Source of the DNA: Nitrospirota bacterium
Lineage (GTDB): Bacteria > Nitrospirota > JACRHJ01
Direction: 5' to 3'
DNA length: 64,000 bases
NCBI GenBank assembly: GCA_963845245.1
Contig: CAWJRJ010000011.1
Location: 134,816-198,815 of the forward strand
The position numbers and the translations under genes were made by a program. The notes under the pieces were generated by a model. That model searched no databases. It was not told the DNA's origin and saw only the letters and a list, made by a program, of their open reading frames with translations. Shown in pieces: positions 38,750 to 48,653 of this stretch (the first letter of the stretch is position 1; each line of letters opens with the position of its first letter).

Positions 38750-39275
38750 GAAGAGTTACGCACATTCTTTTGCACAGCTGTTGATAACTTTAAAAACAAC
38801 TTAAAAACAACAAGTTAACTATCACTACGAGGCCTCAAAAACAGCCTTTTTCACATGCGTTAAATACGCGTTTTTTTGGAAGTTTGCCATTCCGTGTGGA
38901 TACAAAAAATCGAGGCCGGCATTCATTACCCTAAAGTATTAGCCAAATCTGCCGATAATTTTACTTTTCACTGTCTTTTGCCAGGAGGCTTTAAAAACCC
39001 CCAAAGATTGCATTGGCTGGAATGCATGAATATATCAAATTGGTGAATTTTTATCAACATTTTTTATTTTACAGGTTGGGGTGGGCAGTTTGCTGTGCAT
39101 ACTTTTGTTGATAAAAAAACTGACTTCATGGCTTCTGTATAATCCGGTCGGTTCCTGCTTCCGCCGTCAACAGTTTTCCTCTTGAAATGGCCCTTCGTTT
39201 AAAACGGGTTTGACGGTTTTATACATATCCACAGCGCTTACTCTTATTGTTATTAATTTTCAATTTTTAAATAAC
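38750..39275. other. oriC: DnaA boxes, DnaA-trios and AT-rich DUE
   Basis: Boxes/near-boxes at 38768, 38779, 38847, 38895, 39051, 39094, 39106, 39219, 39225; trios 39238-39255; gene strand switch. Confidence 0.85.
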
Positions 39276-39333
39276 TAAGAGATAAACAGGCAATCAGATA
39301 AACCATGGCTATCTTAAACCGCTCTGAAAGTAC

Positions 39334-39361
39334 TTGACTTTTTCCTGGTTTTGAATATAAT
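39334..39361 (+). promoter_or_regulatory. rpmH promoter
   Basis: TTGACT-N16-TATAAT. Confidence 0.6.
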
Positions 39362-39405
39362 TACTCCTTTCGTACAAGCAAAGCCCTAAAAGGAGATTAT
39401 TTAAG

Positions 39406-39541
39406 ATGAGCATTACATTTCAGCCAAGCAAGCTAAAGATGAAGAGGAAGCACGGTTTCAGGGTAAGGATGTCCACGGTCGGCGGCCGGCTTAGTGATAA
39501 AGAGAAGGCGCGCAAAGGGCAGGAAGAAGTTATCTTCTTAA
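39406..39541 (+). CDS. rpmH: 50S ribosomal protein L34 (extra base near 39490)
   Basis: TFQPS...[13 protein letters not shown] / [12 protein letters not shown]. Confidence 0.92.
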
Positions 39542-39552
39542 GAGTGGCATGA

Positions 39553-39895
39553 ATGCCGTTCCTGCTTAATAAGGACAGGAGGATCCGGAAGACCTCCCAG
39601 TACAAGACTATATATGAGAGCGGTGAGAAGCGTGTAGGCAAGCTCCTGCTCTTTTTTTATGGCAAGCCCGGTTGGCATGAATCCAGGGTAGGGATAACCG
39701 TCAGCGGCAAGGTCGGCAAGGCCTATCAGACGGAACTGGGCCAAGAGAAGGATCAAAGAGGCCCTTTCAGCGGAACTTGACCCTTCGTTTCCACCGTCAG
39801 ATATGGTTTTCGTTGCAAAGAAGCGCATCCTGGATGCATCTTTCGATGATATCCGCAAAGATATAAGGGCCCTTCTGTCAGGTGTACATAAGTGA
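39553..39895 (+). CDS. rnpA: RNase P protein component (indel near 39725)
   Basis: [13 protein letters not shown]; position after rpmH. Confidence 0.85.
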
Positions 39896-40104
39896 TGAAA
39901 AAAGCGGCCCTTTTCATGATTACTATTTACCGCAGGCTGATCTCACCGGCCTTACCTCCTTCTTGCAGGTTTTACCCTCCCTGTTCACAATATGCCTATG
40001 AGGCTTTTGATAAATACGGCTTTTTTAAGGGTTTGTACCTCACGTTAGGAAGGATTTTAAGGTGTCATCCGTTCAATCCCGGGGGATACGACCCGCTAAA
40101 ATAG
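39895..40104 (+). CDS. yidD: Membrane protein insertion efficiency factor
   Basis: [10 protein letters not shown]...RCHPF..GGYDP. Confidence 0.93.
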   Translation: MKKAALFMITIYRRLISPALPPSCRFYPPCSQYAYEAFDKYGFFKGLYLTLGRILRCHPFNPGGYDPLK

Positions 40105-40120
40105 GAAAATTAGGGATACT

Positions 40121-40210
40121 CCCACCTTTTTTGTAAAAAGGGTGGCTAAAAAACTTTTTGATTTATATGTCACGTTTCTTTGTCCACTTTCTTTAACTAA
40201 AGAAAGTGGG
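40121..40210. repeat. A/T-rich hairpin+mirror-tail repeat, inverted pair
   Basis: 40121-40153 and TTTCTTT-GT-CCACTTTCTTT-AACT-AAAGAAAGTGG. Confidence 0.8.
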
Positions 40211-40231
40211 GTCCAGGGGTGATCCAATATT

Positions 40232-41791
40232 ATGGAAAAAAGAGTCATTATAGCGGTTGCGCTCTCTATAGCGGTCCTACTCGGTTTCAATTACCTGTTC
40301 CCACAGACTGCGCCGGTCAAAAACAAGGCAGCACAGGCCCCTGCGGGAAATACGGCCCCTGCAACACAGGCAACGCCAGCCCCAACCCCAGCCGCGGCAC
40401 AGACCGGTGCACCTGTTGCTGTCCCGGCCACGGCAAGCGAGCCGGAGAAGACCATAGTGGTGGATACGGACTTATATACCGGTGTAATCTCCACGCATGG
40501 CGGTGTAATAAAGAGCTGGAAGCTTAAAAAATACAAGGATACGTCCGGCAAGCCTATAGATATGGTGACTGTTTCTAATGGCATAGCGCCGCTTGTGGTC
40601 GTCCCGGAAGGCATGGAATGGAGAACTGCCCAGGACCTGGCGTACAAGGCAGACCGTGAGTCCATTGAGATGGCTGGAAATAGTGGCCAGGAGTCACTGA
40701 GCCTGACATGCGTCACACCAGACGGCAGGAGCATCGCCAAAACCCTGAATTTCAAGAATGGCGGCTATGATGTAGCCCTTGATGTTAAAACCTCTGGCAT
40801 GAAGTCCTATACCCTTTATATGGGTGAGGATTTTGGCAGCCTTAGCTCAAACGAGAAGAAAAAAATCGGCTACGTGGGTCCGCTCACGATGGTTGATGGC
40901 GAGAAGCATAAGGACGACCCTGCAAAGATCGAAGCTGTGAAATCATACTCCGGCACAAAAGGCTGGACTGGCGTGGGCGACAGGTTTTTCATGGCGGTGG
41001 TGATTCCCGATGGCGGGATAAGGGCCGTCGTCGGCAAGGGATCAAGCGGCATGGGGTACACCGGGGTTATGGTTACCCAGCCTGAAGAGAAGTTCCTGGT
41101 TTATGCCGGCCCCAAGGAGTATGACAGGCTAAAGGCACTGGACCAGAACCTGTCCCAGGCGGTGGATTTCGGCTGGTTCACTTTTATTGCGAAGCCGCTC
41201 TTCGTAGCGCTGAAGTATTTCCACAGCATCGTGAAAAACTGGGGATGGGCGATAATCATCCTCACGGTCATAGTAAAGCTCCTCTTCGCACCGCTTACCC
41301 ACAAGAGCCAGAAGTCGATGAAGAGGATGCAGAAGCTGCAGCCCATGTTTGCAGAGCTGAAGGAGAAGTACAAGGGTGACCCGGCGAGGATGAACCAGGA
41401 GATGATGGCGCTTTACAAGACCCACAAGGTAAACCCCATGGGCGGCTGCCTTCCCATGCTTATCCAGATACCTGTATTCGTTGCGCTCTATAACGTCCTC
41501 AACCTCTCTGTCGAACTAAGGCAGGCGCCGTTTGGCCTCTGGCTTACCGACCTCTCTGCAAAAGACCCCTATTACATCCTGCCCGTGCTTATGGGCCTCT
41601 CGATGCTCGTCATGCAGAGGATGACGCCCTCGTCCATGGATTCCATGCAGAACAAGATAATGATGTTCATGCCGGTCATGCTTACCTTTATGTTCATAAG
41701 TCTACCCTCCGGGCTGGTGCTGTACTTCACCGTCAGCAACCTCCTGTCCATGGCCCAGCAGTTCTATATCAATAAATACTCCACGGAATAG
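40232..41791 (+). CDS. yidC: Membrane protein insertase
   Basis: YAGPK, VDFGW, GCLPMLIQIP, GLVLYF. Confidence 0.95.
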   Translation: MEKRVIIAVALSIAVLLGFNYLFPQTAPVKNKAAQAPAGNTAPATQATPAPTPAAAQTGAPVAVPATASEPEKTIVVDTDLYTGVISTHGGVIKSWKLKKYKDTSGKPIDMVTVSNGIAPLVVVPEGMEWRTAQDLAYKADRESIEMAGNSGQESLSLTCVTPDGRSIAKTLNFKNGGYDVALDVKTSGMKSYTLYMGEDFGSLSSNEKKKIGYVGPLTMVDGEKHKDDPAKIEAVKSYSGTKGWTGVGDRFFMAVVIPDGGIRAVVGKGSSGMGYTGVMVTQPEEKFLVYAGPKEYDRLKALDQNLSQAVDFGWFTFIAKPLFVALKYFHSIVKNWGWAIIILTVIVKLLFAPLTHKSQKSMKRMQKLQPMFAELKEKYKGDPARMNQEMMALYKTHKVNPMGGCLPMLIQIPVFVALYNVLNLSVELRQAPFGLWLTDLSAKDPYYILPVLMGLSMLVMQRMTPSSMDSMQNKIMMFMPVMLTFMFISLPSGLVLYFTVSNLLSMAQQFYINKYSTE

Positions 41792-41813
41792 CCTCCCCAA
41801 AGAGGTAAGACGC

Positions 41814-43252
41814 ATGAGCAAGCCGGACAACGATACCATCTGTGCCATCTCTACCCCGCTCGGGGCAGGTGGCATCGGCATCGTCAGATTGTCCGGTAAA
41901 GGCTCGGTGGAGATTATTTCTCAAATATTTGCCGCAAATAAGCCTTTAGTGGGTGATTATTTTAAATCTCACCGGATATATTATGGGAAGGTGGTAAATA
42001 AGCCTACAAACGAGACGGTGGACGAGGCGCTCGTGACCGTTATGCGCGCCCCGAAGACCTACACACGCGAGGACGTGGTGGAGATCAACTGCCACGGCGG
42101 GCCCGCATCCGTCAGGAAGGTGCTTGAGCTTGCAGTCAAGGCGGGGGCGAGGCTTGCCGAGCCGGGCGAGTTCACCAAGCGGGCATTCCTTAACGGCAGG
42201 ATAGACCTCACCCAGGCCGAGGCTGTAATGGACGTGATCGGCGCGGACACGGAGCTCGCCCTGGCATCAGCCGTGAAGCAGCTGGGCGGCGGCCTGAAGG
42301 CCAAGATTGAAGATATACGCGAAGCTGTCGCATCCCTTCTCGCCCTGACCGAAATATCCATAGACTTTTCAGACGAAGACATAGACTACGTTCCCCTCGA
42401 TGAACTCAAGAGAAGGGGCGGGGAGGCGAGAGCTTCGATATCCCGTCTCCGCAATACCTATAACGACGGCAGGGTCCTGAGAGAAGGCCTGAGGCTCGCA
42501 ATAGTCGGGAGCCCCAATGTCGGCAAGTCAAGCTTGCTGAACCTCGTATCGCGTACGGACCGTGCCATCGTGACCGAGATACCGGGCACTACCCGCGATA
42601 CCGTGGAGGAGATGGTGAACCTGGGCGGGATTCCCGTCAGGCTGATCGACACGGCCGGGATAAGGCACAGTGAAGATATTGTGGAAAAAGAGGGGATACG
42701 CCGCTCCGAAGAGGCGATAAAACAGGCCGACCTCGTGCTGCTGGTCCTGGACGGCAGCCGTGAACTTCAACAACAAGACGTTGATATAATTGAGAAAGTT
42801 AAGAGCAAGGCCCAACTTTCTTTTGGGAAAAGAAAGTGGCCAAAGAAAATCGGGACTTTCTAGTTTTAATTAACAAAAATGATTTGCCCCAGAAAATAAA
42901 TAGTGAAGTTCTTTGGGGTTACCTTTCTTCCAAGAAAGGTAACGAAGTCCGTCTTTCCTCAAAGACCGGCGAGGGGCTTGACGTGCTGGTGGCCCGGGTG
43001 AAGGATGCCGTGTTTTCGGGGGGCATGGAGAGGGCGCCGGAGGCGGCAATCAACCTGCGGCACAAGGAAGCCCTTGAAAGGGCAGATGTGGCGCTTGTCA
43101 GGTTCCTGGCTGGCTGCGACGAGAACCTCTCTCCAGAGTTCCTGGCGTTCGAGCTTCGGGACAGCCTCAATGCCGTCGGCGAGATAGTCGGGGCTACTAC
43201 CCCGGACGATATCCTGAACAGGATATTCAATGATTTCTGTATAGGGAAGTAA
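41814..43252 (+). CDS. mnmE: tRNA modification GTPase (indel near 42810; contains two repeat copies)
   Basis: GSPNVGKS, GTTRD, DTAG, NKND, C-terminal FCIGK. Confidence 0.95.
42811..42943. repeat. Intragenic inverted pair of A/T-rich hairpin+mirror-tail repeats
   Basis: ACTTTCTTTT-GGG-AAAAGAAAGT-GGCC-AAAGAAAA and TTCTTT-GGG-GTTACCTTTCTT-CC-AAGAAAGGTAAC. Confidence 0.85.
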
Positions 43253-43254
43253 AT

Positions 43255-43270
43255 TGTTCCACGTGGAACA
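43255..43270. promoter_or_regulatory. parS: parS site
   Basis: TGTTCCACGTGGAACA within a 24-bp palindrome. Confidence 0.93.
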
Positions 43271-43303
43271 ATTTGTATATGTTGTTGTTTAAGTTGTTTA
43301 TTT

Positions 43304-43439
43304 GGCTATTATCGGGGCGCATCGTAAGCGCGGCGGCAGGTATGTAAGCACTCACCGGCCTGCTCGGGAAGTCCGGAAGTCCGGACGCGTCTAGTAAGCC
43401 GGTCGGGCCGCTTTTTTGACGATGACCCTGATAATAACC
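43304..43439. repeat. Long imperfect hairpin upstream of mnmG
   Basis: TATTATC/GATAATA, CATCGT/ACGATG, CCGGC/GCCGG, GTCCGG/CCGGAC. Confidence 0.7.
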
Positions 43440-43496
43440 GAATAAACCTGAAGGGATGTTAAACCCCTACTTCCTTAAAGCCATCAACTTAGTTAA

Positions 43497-43530
43497 TTTC
43501 TTTGGCCGCTTTCTTTGTGAAAGAAAGCGG
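43497..43530. repeat. A/T-rich hairpin+mirror-tail repeat, single
   Basis: TTTCTTT-GG-CCGCTTTCTTT-GTG-AAAGAAAGCGG. Confidence 0.8.
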
Positions 43531-43538
43531 GGTGTTTC

Positions 43539-45374
43539 ATGATCTTGTATCCAAAAGAATATGACGTTATCGTCGTAGGGGCGGGCCATGCGGGCTGTGA
43601 GGCGGCGCTTGCCTCGGCGCGTATGGGCTGCGCCACGCTTCTTATGACCATGAACCTCGACTCTGTCGCCCAGATGTCCTGCAACCCCGCGATAGGGGGG
43701 CTGGCCAAGGGGCATATCGTCCGCGAGATAGACGCGCTGGGCGGCGAGATGGCCAGGAACATCGACAAGACCGGCATCCAGTTCCGCAGGCTCAATACCC
43801 GCAAGGGCCCGGCCGTGCGGGCGACGCGCGCCCAGGCGGACAAGCAGTGGTACCGAAGGGCGATGAAAGAGACGATCGAGCGCCAGGATGGGCTTGACCT
43901 CAAGCAGGGGATGGCGGTGAGCCTGATTGTCGAGGATGACCATGTGGCGGGTATAACCGACCACTTCGGGGTGTCCTACCGGGCAAAGACGGTCGTGCTG
44001 ACCACCGGGACCTTCCTGAACGGCCTGATACATATCGGCGAGACGAACTTCCCGGCCGGGCGTGCGGGCGAGTTCCCGGCGACGGGGCTATCCGAGTCCC
44101 TTGCCGCGCTGGGCTTCCCGATCGGGCGGCTGAAGACCGGCACTCCGCCCAGGATAGACGCCAACTCCATTGATTTCTCTAAGTTAATCATACAGCCGGG
44201 CGACGACCCGCCACCCGCGTTCTCTTTTTCCACTGACAGGATTACCAACTCCCAGCTCCCGTGCTACCTGACGTACACCAACGCCGATACGCACAGGATA
44301 ATAACGGAAAGCCTGCACCGTTCGCCTCTTTACGGCGGGGCGATCAAGGGTATAGGCCCCAGGTACTGCCCGTCTATAGAGGATAAGGTTGTCAGGTTCG
44401 CGGACAAGGAGCGCCACCAGGTGTTTCTGGAGCCGGAGGGCTACGATACCACCGAATATTACGCCAACGGTATATCGACCAGCCTACCGGCAGACGTGCA
44501 GGTAAGGCTTCTGCATACCATTGCAGGTCTGGAGAAAGCCGAGATGATGAGGCCCGGCTACGCGATTGAGTACGACTTCGTGCCGCCGACCGAGCTTCTG
44601 CCCAACCTCGAGACCAAAAGGGTAGGGGGGCTGTTCCATGCGGGCCAGTTGAACGGGACGTCGGGCTATGAGGAGGCCGCCGGACAGGGGCTTATCGCGG
44701 GCATCAACGCTGCCCTGAAGGCTAAGGGGAACGACCCGCTTGTGCTTGGCCGCGATGAGGCCTATATAGGCGTAATGATTGACGATCTGGTGACAAAGGG
44801 GGCGGACGAGCCATACAGGATGTTCACCTCCCGCGCCGAGTACCGGCTGCTTTTGAGGGAGGACAACGCCGACCTGAGGCTGATGGACAAGGGTTATGCC
44901 GTCGGGCTGGTAGGTCAGGCCGTCTACGGGCGGATGCTAAAGAAGCGGGAGGGGCTTGAGAGCGAGCTGGCAAGGCTTTCCGCCGTACGCGTGAGCGCGG
45001 ACGGGGAGAGTCTTACACTCAAGGAACTCCTGAAGAGGCCGGAGAACACCTATTCGGACATTGAGGCCTTATCACCGCCGGATGTAGAGCTTTGCCCGGA
45101 GGCAAAGGAACAGGTGGAGCTGGAGGTAAAGTACGAGGGCTACATCAAGCGGCAGACGGGCGATATCGAACGTTCGCTTAAGTACGATGAGAAGCTGATC
45201 CCTTTGGACTTCGATTACGCCACCCTCGGCGGTATCACAAGGGAGGTACGCGAGAAGCTGAGCCGTGTACAGCCCAGAAGCGTGGGCCAGGCAGGCAGGA
45301 TACCTGGACTCACCCCGGCCGCCGTGGCTGTGTTGCTAGTAGCGCTGGAAAAACGCAGGAGAGCAACGGAGTAG
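43539..45374 (+). CDS. mnmG: tRNA U34 modification enzyme
   Basis: GAGHAGCEAA, SCNPAIGG, RYCPSIEDK, GTSGYEEA. Confidence 0.97.
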   Translation: MILYPKEYDVIVVGAGHAGCEAALASARMGCATLLMTMNLDSVAQMSCNPAIGGLAKGHIVREIDALGGEMARNIDKTGIQFRRLNTRKGPAVRATRAQADKQWYRRAMKETIERQDGLDLKQGMAVSLIVEDDHVAGITDHFGVSYRAKTVVLTTGTFLNGLIHIGETNFPAGRAGEFPATGLSESLAALGFPIGRLKTGTPPRIDANSIDFSKLIIQPGDDPPPAFSFSTDRITNSQLPCYLTYTNADTHRIITESLHRSPLYGGAIKGIGPRYCPSIEDKVVRFADKERHQVFLEPEGYDTTEYYANGISTSLPADVQVRLLHTIAGLEKAEMMRPGYAIEYDFVPPTELLPNLETKRVGGLFHAGQLNGTSGYEEAAGQGLIAGINAALKAKGNDPLVLGRDEAYIGVMIDDLVTKGADEPYRMFTSRAEYRLLLREDNADLRLMDKGYAVGLVGQAVYGRMLKKREGLESELARLSAVRVSADGESLTLKELLKRPENTYSDIEALSPPDVELCPEAKEQVELEVKYEGYIKRQTGDIERSLKYDEKLIPLDFDYATLGGITREVREKLSRVQPRSVGQAGRIPGLTPAAVAVLLVALEKRRRATE

Positions 45375-45393
45375 ACCTGTATTAGAACGATAA

Positions 45394-45537
45394 GTATGGC
45401 GGGCAATATTATTCTCAAGTCATCAAAAAGATTCGCCTTGGTTTGCGACTAAGCTTCGAGCAATCTGACGCCTGCTCTCAGCAACTCGCAAAGGCTCGCT
45501 CACATTGATAACTTTCGAATAACACTGCCCGCCATAC
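45394..45537. repeat. Long hairpin element copy 1 (upstream of rsmG)
   Basis: Terminal stem GTATGGCGGGCA/TGCCCGCCATAC; ends shared with 46254-46391. Confidence 0.8.
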
Positions 45538-45588
45538 CTGCTCTCTTTTATCATTTATGCATAGATATTTATACACGTTATTCCAAAT

Positions 45589-45604
45589 TGTTCCACGTGG
45601 AACA
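45589..45604. promoter_or_regulatory. parS: parS site
   Basis: TGTTCCACGTGGAACA within a 26-bp palindrome. Confidence 0.93.
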
Positions 45605-45625
45605 ATTTGCATAACTATAGGAAAA

Positions 45626-46249
45626 ATGGACATTAAGAGGCTTTTAACAGGCGGCGCGAGCGAACTGGGTGTGCCCCTCTCGGCAGGCCAGGCCGATGCA
45701 TTCATGCTCTACCTGTCCGAGCTACGCAAGTGGAACCAGAAGACGAACCTCACCGCCATCGAAGACCCGCGCGACATCATAATTAAGCACTTCCTGGATT
45801 CGCTGTCCCTCCTGAGGATACTCCCCCCTGAAGCAAAAAACGCCTCAGACATCGGAAGCGGGGCGGGTTTCCCCGGCATTCCCATAAAGGTCGCGGTGCC
45901 GGGCCTTTCCATTACCTCCGTGGAGCCCGCACACAAGAAGGCCGCGTTCCAACGACATATCATAAGGCTACTCGGTCTTGAAGGCATAAGGGTTGTAGAG
46001 GCCAAGGTGGAGGAGGTCACGGCTGGATCTGAGAGGTTCGATATCATATTCTCTCGCGCCTTTAAGGAGCCCGAAGGCCTGCTGCCACTGGCCGGGCCGC
46101 TCCTTGCGGAAGGGGGGCAGATTATACTTTCTTTAGGGCCTTCTGTGGGCGAGGAACCGCCAGCGGGCTGGGAGATTGTCCGCCGCGAGGAGGTAACCCT
46201 GCCATACTCGGACATCAGACGCACACTTGCAAGTTACAAGAAAAAATAA
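45626..46249 (+). CDS. rsmG: 16S rRNA m7G527 methyltransferase
   Basis: WN..TNLT, HFLDSL, DIGSGAGFPG, SRAF. Confidence 0.94.
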   Translation: MDIKRLLTGGASELGVPLSAGQADAFMLYLSELRKWNQKTNLTAIEDPRDIIIKHFLDSLSLLRILPPEAKNASDIGSGAGFPGIPIKVAVPGLSITSVEPAHKKAAFQRHIIRLLGLEGIRVVEAKVEEVTAGSERFDIIFSRAFKEPEGLLPLAGPLLAEGGQIILSLGPSVGEEPPAGWEIVRREEVTLPYSDIRRTLASYKKK

Positions 46250-46253
46250 TAAC

Positions 46254-46391
46254 AGGTGTGAAATATTATTCTCAAGCCATCAAAAAGATTCGCTTCGCTT
46301 TTCAAGTAAGCCTCAGGCGACTGCGTCAGACCTCGGCATAACTTGAAAATGCTTGCTCACATTGATAACTTTCGAATAACACTTCACACCT
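46254..46391. repeat. Long hairpin element copy 2 (downstream of rsmG)
   Basis: Terminal stem AGGTGTGAA/TTCACACCT. Confidence 0.8.
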
Positions 46392-46421
46392 ATTTTTTTC
46401 AATCTAATTGAAAATTTGAGG

Positions 46422-46461
46422 CTTTCTTTTGTCTACTTTTCTTTCACCTGAAAGAAAAGTA
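46422..46461. repeat. A/T-rich hairpin+mirror-tail repeat, single
   Basis: CTTTCTTTT-GTC-TACTTTTCTTTCA-CC-TGAAAGAAAAGTA. Confidence 0.85.
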
Positions 46462-46472
46462 AGGCTTTCGGC

Positions 46473-46501
46473 TTGACACCGGCCTTGCATACCGTTAGAA
46501 T
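46473..46501 (+). promoter_or_regulatory. parAB promoter
   Basis: TTGACA-N17-TAGAAT. Confidence 0.7.
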
Positions 46502-46594
46502 GGGCTTGTTTAGGCCTCAAATCCCGCTTCCAGCGCCCCTGCGCATAGCATATTATGTAGTCTTTTCAACTAGTTGTTAAAATATGAGGTGTTT

Positions 46595-47362
46595 ATGGGC
46601 AGGGCAAAGGTCATAGCGGTCGCCAACCAAAAGGGCGGGGTCGGGAAGACAACCACGGCGATAAACATGGCGGCCTCTCTGTCGGCGGCCGAGAAGGAAG
46701 TGCTGCTGGTAGACGTCGACCCGCAGGGCAACTCCACCAGCGGGGTGGGGGTCGACCGTGACGCACTTGAGGGCAGCATCTACCAGGTCTTCATGGGCGA
46801 GATGGACATTGCATCCCTTGTGATGGAGACCGCCATGCCAAGGCTTTTCCTCGTGCCTTCTTCTGTGGACCTCTTCGGCGCGGAGGTGGAGCTTGCCGGA
46901 CGTACGGGCAGGGAGACGATCCTTAAGGAAGCCCTAGTGCCTCTGCTTGATTCTTACGATTATATAATCCTCGATTGTCCGCCCGCCCTCGGGCTGCTTA
47001 CCCTGAACGCGCTGACGGCAGTCCAGTCGGTGCTGGTGCCGGTCCAGTGCGAATACTACGCATTGGAAGGGCTTACCCAGCTTTTAAAGACGCTCGACCT
47101 CGTCCGCAACCAGCTAAACCCGGAGCTTGAGGTGGAGGGTATACTCCTGACAATGCACGACAACCGGAACAACCTCTCCCGCCAGGTGGAGCAGGAGGTC
47201 CGGGGGCATTTCGGGAACAAGGTATATACAACGGTGATACCCAGAAACGTAAGCCTTTCCGAAGCCCCCAGCCACGGGAAGCCGATTATAACATACGACA
47301 TACGCTCAAGGGGCGCGCAGAGCTACCTGAGCCTTGCCAGCGAGGTGATAAACAATGTCTAA
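46595..47362 (+). CDS. parA: Chromosome partitioning ATPase ParA/Soj
   Basis: [25 protein letters not shown]. Confidence 0.96.
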   Translation: MGRAKVIAVANQKGGVGKTTTAINMAASLSAAEKEVLLVDVDPQGNSTSGVGVDRDALEGSIYQVFMGEMDIASLVMETAMPRLFLVPSSVDLFGAEVELAGRTGRETILKEALVPLLDSYDYIILDCPPALGLLTLNALTAVQSVLVPVQCEYYALEGLTQLLKTLDLVRNQLNPELEVEGILLTMHDNRNNLSRQVEQEVRGHFGNKVYTTVIPRNVSLSEAPSHGKPIITYDIRSRGAQSYLSLASEVINNV

Positions 47363-48206
47363 ACAGGCGCTTGGAAAGGGCCTCGGCGCCCTCATCCCCC
47401 AAGGGCCGGATGCAGGCCAGAGGGGCGTTCTGGAGATCGAACTTTCAAGGATAATCCCCGACGGCCACCAGCCGCGGAAGACGTTCCACGACGAATCGCT
47501 TGCCGAGCTTGCCGATTCGATAAAGGCGAACGGGGTGATACAGCCGATTATCGTGAGGAAGGCCAACGGTGGCGGCTACGGGCTTATCGCGGGCGAGCGT
47601 CGCTACCGTGCGTCGATGATGGCCGGGCTCAAAAAGATTCCGGCGATAGTCAAGGACGTATCCCCCGCCGGCGCGTTCGAGATGGCGCTTGTGGAGAACA
47701 TCCAGCGCGAGGACCTAAACCCCATCGAGACCGCCGAGGCGTATGGCAGGCTCATGAATGAGTTCGACATGACGCAGGAGGCCGTGTCCGAGCGGGTGGG
47801 CAAGGAACGCTCCTCCGTAGCGAACTTCCTGAGGCTTCTCACGCTGCCCACGGACATAAAGAAGGACCTGGCCATCGGCTCGCTTTCGATGGGACACGCG
47901 AAGGCGATACTGTCGGTGGAGCCCGCCGTAAAACAGCTTGCACTGAGGCGCGAGATACTATCGCGCGGGCTGTCGGTGCGCGAGGCCGAGACCTGCGCGA
48001 AGCGCATGAGGGCGCCCGGGCGTATGATTACCGTGAAGAGAAAGGAGCCCACGCCCCAGATAGCCATGCTTGAGGACGAGCTGAAGCGCTCGCTCGGCAC
48101 GAAGGTGCGCATAAAGGCAAAGGCGAAGGGCAAGGGCGGGGCGATAGAGATAGAATACTATTCCGCGGACGAGTTCGAAAGGCTTCTTGACCTGCTCAGG
48201 AAGTGA
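47355..48206 (+). CDS. parB: Chromosome partitioning protein ParB
   Basis: [24 protein letters not shown]. Confidence 0.96.
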   Translation: MSKQALGKGLGALIPQGPDAGQRGVLEIELSRIIPDGHQPRKTFHDESLAELADSIKANGVIQPIIVRKANGGGYGLIAGERRYRASMMAGLKKIPAIVKDVSPAGAFEMALVENIQREDLNPIETAEAYGRLMNEFDMTQEAVSERVGKERSSVANFLRLLTLPTDIKKDLAIGSLSMGHAKAILSVEPAVKQLALRREILSRGLSVREAETCAKRMRAPGRMITVKRKEPTPQIAMLEDELKRSLGTKVRIKAKAKGKGGAIEIEYYSADEFERLLDLLRK

Positions 48207-48227
48207 ACGGTTTGAAAGGGGGGCGTG

Positions 48228-48626
48228 ATGTTTAGAAAGGCGAAAGGCCATCCCGAGGTTGGGGAGACGGTCGCATTCCTGGGGAAGGGTACAGACTTCC
48301 GGGGCGTGCTCCATTTCGAGGGCACGATAAGGGTGGACGGGCGTCTTGAGGGCGAGGTGTTCACAAAGGACACGCTCATCGTGGGCGAGTCGGCAGATAT
48401 ATCGGGAAACATAAACGTCGGGACGATCATAACATCCGGCAAGATAACCGGTACCATAATCGCGGCAGGGACCGCACACTTTGTTGCGCCGGGCAGCTTC
48501 ACCGGCGACATAACCACCCCGGTCTTGAACGTGGACGAGGGCTTCTGCTTCAACGGCAGGTGCGACATGAAGAAGGACCAGAAGGTCGCGCACATTGAAC
48601 CAAAGAAAGAAGCCATCTCCGCCTGA
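48228..48626 (+). CDS. Bactofilin (polymer-forming cytoskeletal protein)
   Basis: FLGKGTDFRG.L.FEGTIRVDG..EG beta-helix repeats; after parB. Confidence 0.88.
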   Translation: MFRKAKGHPEVGETVAFLGKGTDFRGVLHFEGTIRVDGRLEGEVFTKDTLIVGESADISGNINVGTIITSGKITGTIIAAGTAHFVAPGSFTGDITTPVLNVDEGFCFNGRCDMKKDQKVAHIEPKKEAISA

Positions 48627-48653
48627 TTACCGGCCACCGGTCTTGTAATAATA

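Noticed and set aside
43365..43390. SRP RNA
   Set aside because: GTCCGGAAG is present but the following GAAGCAGC is not
45394..46391. Integron attC cassette
   Set aside because: No RYYYAAC/GTTRRRY ends, no integrase, and rsmG is in its normal position
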